From positions 1-64,000 of the IMG/VR virus record IMGVR_UViG_3300042934_000519: DNA of 64,000 bases; one strand, given 5' to 3'. The number at the start of each line of letters is the position of its first letter. Positions within the stretch are counted from its first letter, which is position 1. A program made the position numbers and the translations under genes. Source of the stretch: a virus. This document shows, in pieces, positions 57,343-64,000 of this stretch. The notes below the pieces were generated by a model. That model searched no databases. It was not told the DNA's origin and worked only from the letters and a program-made list of their open reading frames with translations.

Positions 57343-58215
57343 ATGGCTCTCCCTGTCTTATTCGCAACCCTCGAGGATCACACCATGTTGAACAAAGCCC
57401 TGTTTCAAGAATTCGCTCGTATGCTGAGTCACGGTTTCCCGAAAGACCATCACTACTCTCCAATGGAGCTGCTGATCCGCGACAACATTGCAGCCACGCT
57501 GGAAGAGAAGATCAAAGCCAGCATTGGTGGTCTGGATCACCCTATCGCCAAAACCAAGCTGTACAACTTCGTGGTTGGTCATCCTGAGCACGGCTTCAAC
57601 ATGCAGTGCAGCATGTACCACGAACCGTCTGCTGGGGGCTCCAGTGAGTTCCGCCTGAGCGAAGGGTTTTCGATGTTGATCGTCAACCAAGCACCTCCGG
57701 CTGAAGAACCAGCGCGTGATCGCGATGAAGGCGGCCGGTTCACCTCGGCACAACGTCGTTCGGAGAACTACAACCGTCGTCTGGATGCCCGCGACTTCGA
57801 CCCGGACACTCTGGCGTACTTCAAAGAACTGCTGTCGATCAGCATCAATGAAGTCATGCTCAAAGCCATCCCGGACGTGCAAGCCAAGGTGCCCAAGGAG
57901 TTTGCTCAAGGCACGATCGTGTACCGACTGCATTGCTCTGACAAAGTGCAAGCGGCGCACATGGTGGAAACGTGTGGGGTTACCACCATGACGGCGCAAG
58001 GTGACATGGCCGACATGTCGGTCTATGACATCGCTCGGCAGAAGTCGGTCTGGGTCCACAGTTCGGAATTCGGCAATGAGCTGGAATGGAACAAAGCACG
58101 TCAGAACGACGGTAACCGTGCACGCCGTGTCGAAGAGTTCGAAGGCGCAACGGACGCTGAGATCAGTTACATCCAAGGTGCGCGTCATCGCATCGAGGCA
58201 ATCTTGCGTGGCTGA
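57343..58215 (+). CDS. Hypothetical protein
   Basis: GGAG RBS; phage codon usage. Confidence 0.7.
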   Translation: MALPVLFATLEDHTMLNKALFQEFARMLSHGFPKDHHYSPMELLIRDNIAATLEEKIKASIGGLDHPIAKTKLYNFVVGHPEHGFNMQCSMYHEPSAGGSSEFRLSEGFSMLIVNQAPPAEEPARDRDEGGRFTSAQRRSENYNRRLDARDFDPDTLAYFKELLSISINEVMLKAIPDVQAKVPKEFAQGTIVYRLHCSDKVQAAHMVETCGVTTMTAQGDMADMSVYDIARQKSVWVHSSEFGNELEWNKARQNDGNRARRVEEFEGATDAEISYIQGARHRIEAILRG

Positions 58216-58277
58216 TTAAGCTGCGATGGTATGGGGGTAATTCCCCATACCTTTTTCTTTTCTTTTTGGTGGATACA

Positions 58278-58952
58278 ATGGCACGATTGACTCCCGGTCT
58301 TGGCGCAAAGGGCTCGTTCCTGCTCGAGACCCCTTTCACGACCGAGGCTGACGTAGAATATACCGTTGCCTCGTTGCGTAGCTTTGCTGAAATCCGTGCC
58401 CGCGGCAATGATCCGTTGGCACTCATCTACACCCCGGTCAACCTCGATGCTGTAGCAATGCAGAAGGACATCGATGAAGGCGCTGTGATCGTTGTACTGG
58501 CTACCAAGGCCGGTGTGCTCAAGTACGTCCCGGACACCTACATCTTGAGCTATCCTTCAATGGGCAGCATTCCGTACAGCCACCTGATCATCAGTGCCTC
58601 CTTGGGCATGATCCCCGACAGCATGGACACCACCTCACTGGAACAGGTGACCAAAAGCGCCATCTCCGACTTCATCGGTGTGGAACCGACCGTGTTCATC
58701 ACCCGTGGCGAAGTCAGTGACACGATTGATGAAGCCCGTCATGTGCAGCTGACCATCTCCCGAGAAGCGGCGATCAAGAACCGTGAGACTGACCGTGCTG
58801 AGAACATCCGTCTCACAGCCGCTCTGGTGGCCGGTAACGCCCGGTTAGTGGAATACGAGGCCATCATCCAGCAGTTGAGCCAACAAGCTGAAGCAACGGC
58901 TGCTGCGGCCGCTACGCCGTCGACTGATCCGACCCCTGATCAAACCGCATAA
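58278..58952 (+). CDS. Hypothetical, putative structural protein
   Basis: ORF ending in hairpin plus TATGCCG. Confidence 0.65.
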   Translation: MARLTPGLGAKGSFLLETPFTTEADVEYTVASLRSFAEIRARGNDPLALIYTPVNLDAVAMQKDIDEGAVIVVLATKAGVLKYVPDTYILSYPSMGSIPYSHLIISASLGMIPDSMDTTSLEQVTKSAISDFIGVEPTVFITRGEVSDTIDEARHVQLTISREAAIKNRETDRAENIRLTAALVAGNARLVEYEAIIQQLSQQAEATAAAAATPSTDPTPDQTA

Positions 58953-59007
58953 GGCCCACCCTCACCGGCTACTTAGGCTGGTGAGGGTGTATGCCGTCTC
59001 TTTAAAA

Positions 59008-59096
59008 TTCGATTCGAAATAATTACGGCAATACATTGTCAGGGTGAATAGGAAGAAAGATCTTCTTATCCTTACCCTTGATCATTGGAGATCACC
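59008..59096 (+). promoter_or_regulatory. Putative early promoter plus leader cassette, copy 3
   Basis: TTCGATTCGAAA..GGCAATACATT.. Confidence 0.7.
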
Positions 59097-59417
59097 ATGT
59101 TCGCACTTCTCAAACAACTTGCTGCTGCTACCCCTGAAGTAGAAGCCGTAGAACTGACCTTCATCCAGAAGGTGAAAGCGGTTTACCGCAGCTTCAAAGG
59201 CAAGCGTAAATTCCAAGCCATGGCGAAAGCCAAGCGCGAAGAAAAAGCAGCCATCGTCAAAACCAACACTCAGCTGGCTGACGAACTCGAAGCACGCGCT
59301 GACGCGCTGATTGAACAGAGCGCCTTGTGCAGACGCACGGATGCAGTGGAATCGGACCGTTTGTTCGAAGAAGCTGTTGAACTGACCACACAAGCCAACG
59401 CCCTGCGCTTCAACTAA
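59097..59417 (+). CDS. Putative early helical protein
   Basis: GGAG RBS. Confidence 0.7.
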   Translation: MFALLKQLAAATPEVEAVELTFIQKVKAVYRSFKGKRKFQAMAKAKREEKAAIVKTNTQLADELEARADALIEQSALCRRTDAVESDRLFEEAVELTTQANALRFN

Positions 59418-59435
59418 CCCCTCGGAGTTCAACCC

Positions 59436-59594
59436 ATGAATAAGCTTTTCGGATACGCCGCTGTTGCTGTTGTCGCCGGTGCTGCCGGTTACATCGTCGG
59501 TAAGGGAAAGGGACTGCCTGATCAGTTCTCGATCAACATCCCTTACGGTCCTAAGTTCAGCTACAAGAAAGCCGCCACGGCTAAAGCCAGCTAA
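59436..59594 (+). CDS. Small membrane protein (52 aa)
   Basis: MNKLFGYAAVAVVAGAAGYIVGK...; GGAG RBS; below ORF-track cutoff. Confidence 0.65.
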   Translation: MNKLFGYAAVAVVAGAAGYIVGKGKGLPDQFSINIPYGPKFSYKKAATAKAS

Positions 59595-59643
59595 GACGAC
59601 CTGTCCATCCTGGATAGGCGTCACCCTATCCAGGAGAATCACC

Positions 59644-59862
59644 ATGTTCGCACGTAATCTGATGGCCGCCCTGATCGTAGTCCTGTTCGGCTCGATGGCC
59701 CTGTCCTGCTTCACCGCTACTGCTACTGATGTTGTTGTTGCACAAACCGCTCTGCCGCTGGAAGCGTCTGCCCGCACTGTTGCGGTACAGAACGTTGTCA
59801 CTGACCTGGCTGCTAAAGTCAACATGGTCACTGTTGTTCCTAGCTACATCGCTGCAAACTAA
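59644..59862 (+). CDS. Small membrane/secreted protein
   Basis: AGGAG RBS; hydrophobic N-terminus ending ALSC. Confidence 0.65.
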   Translation: MFARNLMAALIVVLFGSMALSCFTATATDVVVAQTALPLEASARTVAVQNVVTDLAAKVNMVTVVPSYIAAN

Positions 59863-59895
59863 TCCCCCCCCTACCCCGTTCTTAAGGAGAACACC

Positions 59896-60051
59896 ATGAA
59901 TACTCTCGCTCAACGTGCTGCAATCGTAGGCGCTGCTGTTGTTGGCGGCGTTGCTTTCGCTTGGATCGGTGCCAAGACCAAGAACAAGATTGACAAGATG
60001 CGTCGTGACAAAGACGCCATCGCCAAAGCGCAATCCTGCGCTGCCAAGTAA
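59896..60051 (+). CDS. Small membrane protein (51 aa)
   Basis: AAGGAG RBS; AAIVGAAVVGGVAFAWIG plus basic tail. Confidence 0.65.
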   Translation: MNTLAQRAAIVGAAVVGGVAFAWIGAKTKNKIDKMRRDKDAIAKAQSCAAK

Positions 60052-60075
60052 ACCCTGTCCGATGGAGGACTGCAC

Positions 60076-60240
60076 ATGCTGACTAAATTCCGCAACACCA
60101 TGCTGCTGGTCCTCACCGTCGGCGGCTTGACCCTGTTCACCGCAGCCATCTACAGCTGCGAACCTCCCCGCAGTCACGCTGAGTCGGGTACGGCTCAAGA
60201 AATCATCGCCAGTAAAGTGGCAAAGAAAGAACTTCACTAA
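60076..60240 (+). CDS. Small membrane protein (54 aa)
   Basis: GGAGG RBS; single TM. Confidence 0.65.
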   Translation: MLTKFRNTMLLVLTVGGLTLFTAAIYSCEPPRSHAESGTAQEIIASKVAKKELH

Positions 60241-60254
60241 TTAGGAGATCCACC

Positions 60255-60374
60255 ATGAAATACTTCCTCGGCTTCGTCGTAGGTTCCGTTGTTGTGTCCA
60301 CTATCACCCTGCCGTTCCGCACCAAAGCGTTCAAAGAAGGTTACGAGGCTCAGAAGGCCAAGCTTAACCAGTGA
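60255..60374 (+). CDS. Small membrane peptide (39 aa)
   Basis: AGGAG RBS; MKYFLGFVVGSVVV. Confidence 0.6.
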   Translation: MKYFLGFVVGSVVVSTITLPFRTKAFKEGYEAQKAKLNQ

Positions 60375-60439
60375 TCCTGACCTACCTCTGCAACACCCTG
60401 CGGTTCATACCCCCTACCCTGATCTATTGGAGATACAAC

Positions 60440-60637
60440 ATGAAGAAGTTCCTTATCGGTGCAGCTATCGGCGGCGTTGTGGCTTACTGTGGTCACCGCA
60501 AAGCCAAGAAGTGGATTCGTGCAGCTGGTGAAGCGACTGCCAATCTGGAGAAGAACTTCTCCACCCTCGACTTGGGTGAAGTAGCTGACAACTGGCACAA
60601 GACTGCGGGTCGTCCTGATCTGCGCGTCGTCAAGTAA
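60440..60637 (+). CDS. Small membrane protein
   Basis: GGAG RBS; MKKFLIGAAIGGVVAY. Confidence 0.65.
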   Translation: MKKFLIGAAIGGVVAYCGHRKAKKWIRAAGEATANLEKNFSTLDLGEVADNWHKTAGRPDLRVVK

Positions 60638-60638
60638 G

Positions 60639-60692
60639 CGGCATAGACCCGGAGCCTGATGGCTCCGGGTCATAGCTTTCTTTTTTCTTTGG
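60639..60692. terminator. Bidirectional terminator cassette
   Basis: CGGCATA-hairpin-TTTCTTTTTTCTTTGG. Confidence 0.8.
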
Positions 60693-62285
60693 TTACGCTG
60701 CCTGCATGAAGTCCAGTTCAGATTCCATGCCCCGGTTATCAATGTCGTCCCACGTGCTGCCCCCACCACTGTGGATAGGCTTGCCGCCGACGGCGCGATA
60801 ACCTAACGAGTGGTCCAAGTGTACGTCGTAAGGGATGCCGTACATTGGGTACTCGTGATACTTCATGACAAAGTACTTTGCCCGCTCTGGTGTTGGCTCC
60901 ACTACGCCACGGTGCTTGCCCCACACGTATTCCAAGTAGGAACCGTCGTTGACCACCTGCTTGTTGACGTAGATCTCCCAGTCGACCTCGGTGTCCAGCT
61001 TCTTGCATCCTTGGTAGTAGCCCCCACCTGGCATGTCCCGAATGAACTTCGTCGGGTTGATGCGCTTCTCCTCCTTGGCTTGGGTGGAGAGCTGGTGAGC
61101 TGTCACGTGCAGGATCTTGTTCGGGTTGGTGTACTCACGTACCCGCTTGTACAGGTCTTGCAGGTCATCACCTGTGGACCCCTGAGCACACCCGTCCTTG
61201 CTGTACATGGTCAGGTAGTCACAGAAGACTGCGCAGACCTCAAAGCCTTTGGCCTTGTACTTCTCCAAATGCTGGATGTACTTGGCATAGGACATTGCCG
61301 AACCGAGAATCCGGTGGATCTCAACGTTCCAGCCCCGTGCCTGGAGTTTCTCCATCACGTACTGGGTGGCCATTGCCGCATTCAGTCCACGTGCCGACAC
61401 CGGCCCGCCCGTTTCGAGCTGTTTGAGGATGATGTAGATCTTTTGAATGATGACCGGCACGTCATCTTCTGTCGAGTAAAGCAAAACCAGCGGTTTCTTC
61501 AACGGGTCAAACAGGAACGGGTCGTTATAAAGACACGTGCCCATGAACATGTCGAGGAGGGTACCTGACTTGTTGTTACCCGGCAGGGCATTGACCAGAC
61601 CGAACTCACCGCGACGGCCGCCCTTCTGCTTACCCATGAGGTTGTTCAGCTCATGGAACGGGAATTGGATGATCCCGTCTGTCGACATGGTTTGTTCCAT
61701 GTCTTCAAAAGCTGACTGAACGCTCGCTGGGTTGTTGAAGTCGACCGTGGTAAGGAACGCAGGGTCATTGTGCTCATCGTTGTCCATGTCGATCGACAGG
61801 AGGTCCTGAGCCGTCTGTAGGATGAACCCGTCCCAGTCTTCTACCTCGGTTTCCTTAAAGGCGACCGTGTAGGAGGCTTTACGCAACACCTCGTTGAGTT
61901 TTTCTTTTGCCTGGAACCGTTTCATCTCCTTGATGATGTTCCCAGCCAGCTTTCGGATGATGCTTTCATCACCGTACAGCTTGATCGTCTTCTCCAAAGC
62001 CTTGTACGTGAACTCGTCCCCTTGGACGTTCAACCGCAAGCGCTGGAGCAAACTGTCAAGATCATATGTTTGAGTATCCCCGTTGCCCAGCATCCACATG
62101 ACTGTTGTGCGCAGGTTATTCAGGGTGTTGCGGTCGGAGCCGTGATCAGCCGCCGATTCCTGGATCTTAATGTCACCCAGCAATTGCCGAATGATCATCT
62201 TACCGCCAGATGTAGCTGGATTCTCAAGTTGACTCTCTAAAAAGAGCAACGAGATGGATTTAACTAGAAAAAGCTTGATGTCCAT
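60693..62285 (-). CDS. dnaB: DnaB-like replicative helicase (phiKZ-type)
   Basis: Walker A ALPGNNKS, STED, CDYL, TAHQLS, GKHRG; divergent from the capsid gene. Confidence 0.85.
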   Translation of the reverse strand: MDIKLFLVKSISLLFLESQLENPATSGGKMIIRQLLGDIKIQESAADHGSDRNTLNNLRTTVMWMLGNGDTQTYDLDSLLQRLRLNVQGDEFTYKALEKTIKLYGDESIIRKLAGNIIKEMKRFQAKEKLNEVLRKASYTVAFKETEVEDWDGFILQTAQDLLSIDMDNDEHNDPAFLTTVDFNNPASVQSAFEDMEQTMSTDGIIQFPFHELNNLMGKQKGGRRGEFGLVNALPGNNKSGTLLDMFMGTCLYNDPFLFDPLKKPLVLLYSTEDDVPVIIQKIYIILKQLETGGPVSARGLNAAMATQYVMEKLQARGWNVEIHRILGSAMSYAKYIQHLEKYKAKGFEVCAVFCDYLTMYSKDGCAQGSTGDDLQDLYKRVREYTNPNKILHVTAHQLSTQAKEEKRINPTKFIRDMPGGGYYQGCKKLDTEVDWEIYVNKQVVNDGSYLEYVWGKHRGVVEPTPERAKYFVMKYHEYPMYGIPYDVHLDHSLGYRAVGGKPIHSGGGSTWDDIDNRGMESELDFMQAA

Positions 62286-62325
62286 TTACCAGTCCTAGAA
62301 CTGCGGATGCAGAGGTAAAGAAGAG

Positions 62326-62853
62326 ATGAGTTCACTGAAGATTGTATTTGTCCCTCGGTGGCTAGACCGAGTGGCCAAGGAGACCGGCATCAGCAACGCT
62401 GATCTGATCTGCTTGCAAAAGTTGTCTGGCATACTATCCCAAAGGGATGTTGAACTTTACCAGATGGCCAATTTCAACGTCGCCGATTGCATCGCTGCGG
62501 TGGGCAAGTACAACGAGAAAGAGGCGGCTGCACTGTGCGGTGGGTTCGGTTCGAACATCCCGGTGCTGCCTTTGGAGAAACGTGCGGCGTACGCCAACGT
62601 AGACACCAATACCTTTATCTATGGGGCTACTGCGACTGTTGACGGCGAAGATGCCAAGTACGGCCTCTCGGTAGAAGTGGGCGATGAAGACACCCTTATT
62701 GTGCGGGTGACTACCCTGGATGACAATTCCGGCGACAGCTTCACCAAGCGCTTGACCAAAGTTTTGCACGGTTTGATGACCTTCCGCGACTTCGCTCGCA
62801 CGTTCGTTTTCAAACAGTATGTACGAGAATTACAAATTAACTCGGTCGTCTGA
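62326..62853 (+). CDS. Hypothetical between helicase and capsid gene
   Basis: GAGG RBS; position as in phiKZ-like genomes. Confidence 0.65.
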   Translation: MSSLKIVFVPRWLDRVAKETGISNADLICLQKLSGILSQRDVELYQMANFNVADCIAAVGKYNEKEAAALCGGFGSNIPVLPLEKRAAYANVDTNTFIYGATATVDGEDAKYGLSVEVGDEDTLIVRVTTLDDNSGDSFTKRLTKVLHGLMTFRDFARTFVFKQYVRELQINSVV

Positions 62854-62973
62854 TCGACTTACTGTACCGTTAGTAAATAATGGTATGTAAAAAATTGCCG
62901 TTTCATTGAGCGCCGAAAGCTCGGTGATAAGCAAAACCCGCTGCTCGAGCAGCAAACTCCGGAGAGTAAAACG

Positions 62974-64000
62974 ATGAGCGTAGTCGGTAAGAATACCGAG
63001 AGCGTTGGCAAGTTGATGACGGCTAAGGCCACTGAACTGCAAAACGGTCTCAAACAAGGCACCTTTGGTACCTTCGCCAAGGAAGTGAGCGGGCAGATCG
63101 CCTCGTTCGAATCCCTGGACGACCTTCAACAAGGCAACATCCAGACCAGTCTGGAAAGCATCGCCACTGAACTGAAAGGCCAAGTCGGCAATCTGTTCGG
63201 TTCCAAGGGTCCTGCTGAATCCCAGCTGAACGCCGCCGCTGTAATTGCAATGGCCGCTCAAGACCCTGCCGCTTACCACGCCATGGCCCTCAAAGCGCCG
63301 AACATGTCCGTGTCCAGCGAAAACATGCACATCGTCGGTATCGACGCGCCGGGCGAATTCGACTACGTCGAGAAAGCCAACCCATCCATGGAAGCGTTCG
63401 ACAACTCGAACCTGACCGACTTCATCGGTCTGTCCATGATGTACAACCTGAAGACCGCCCGTCAGGACGCCTTCGGTGAAGGTTACTACCGTACCGTGGT
63501 TCTGACCCCGGACAACGGTGGTGCAGACCTGTCGATCCGCAGCCAGCTGGTTCTGAACCACTTCCTGCACAACACCAAGGGCGACTACCAGGACTTCAAA
63601 CAGCGCCGTCTGCTCGAAGCCGCGATCAACTACAAGATCCTGGCCGACGACAGCACCACGCTGGTTCCTGAAATCCACGACGGCAACCGCGAGTTCTTCC
63701 TCCCGGAAAACGTTGTTGAGAGCCGCACTGTCGATCTGGGCAACCGCATCGTCACCACCGCTCCTCTGGTCTTCGGCAAGCGCCTGAACCTGGTTGGTCT
63801 GGCCCAGAACACTCTGGTCAAGATCGCTGGTCAAGCTGACAACACCGACTCCCTGGACCGCACTACCGCGCTGAAAGCGCTGTATCTGCAAAAGGGCGAC
63901 GCCGATGTTATCCGCATCGACACCGAATACATGCCGCGCGCTTCGTTCGTCAAGCCTCCACAGGGCCTGGCTCGTGAACAAGAGCTGAGCTTCCGCAACA
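62974..64000 (+). CDS. Major capsid protein (phiKZ gp120-like), truncated by window end
   Basis: Open frame from ATG 62974 (GGAG RBS, TATG at 62884); SFE/SLE/SME sites then AFD...YN...RQDAFGE.YY.TVV.TPD; very strong codon bias. Confidence 0.85.
   Translation, partial: MSVVGKNTESVGKLMTAKATELQNGLKQGTFGTFAKEVSGQIASFESLDDLQQGNIQTSLESIATELKGQVGNLFGSKGPAESQLNAAAVIAMAAQDPAAYHAMALKAPNMSVSSENMHIVGIDAPGEFDYVEKANPSMEAFDNSNLTDFIGLSMMYNLKTARQDAFGEGYYRTVVLTPDNGGADLSIRSQLVLNHFLHNTKGDYQDFKQRRLLEAAINYKILADDSTTLVPEIHDGNREFFLPENVVESRTVDLGNRIVTTAPLVFGKRLNLVGLAQNTLVKIAGQADNTDSLDRTTALKALYLQKGDADVIRIDTEYMPRASFVKPPQGLAREQELSFRN

Noticed and set aside
1-64000. CRISPR array, IS/integrase, intron/intein or stop-codon recoding
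   Set aside because: No regularly spaced repeats or transposase/integrase motifs seen; conserved genes are uninterrupted in the standard code; no suppressor anticodon tRNA

Overview
64 kb from a large lytic phage genome, most consistent with a phiKZ-related (Chimalliviridae-like) jumbo phage of Pseudomonas. Lineage evidence: the DnaB-like helicase (-) / small ORF / major capsid protein (+) synteny at the right end, S/A/G-X-E head-protease motifs and TATG late-promoter motifs. Host evidence: Pseudomonas-type amrZ, PL7 lyase and dcd genes. Coding content: lectin-like and tail-fibre genes, ligA, folA, RNR large subunit, dcd, DHH phosphoesterase, SF2 helicase, AAA ATPase, macrodomain, an Ntn-peptidase pair, spanins and many small hypotheticals. 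The least-explained signal is non-coding. A 7-tRNA cluster also carries three tRNA-shaped RNAs with CCA ends but broken anticodon loops, a tRNA-like domain nested in a larger RNA, and closed-stem spacer RNAs. At least four further structured RNA candidates occur (about 140, 380, 850 and 440 nt), three of them bracketed by a TATG start and a hairpin+TATGCC(G) end. A perfect 36-bp in-frame inverted repeat links two tail-fibre-type genes 26 kb apart. All family assignments are motif recognition by eye and all RNA helices were found by manual complementarity; no searches or folding were run.
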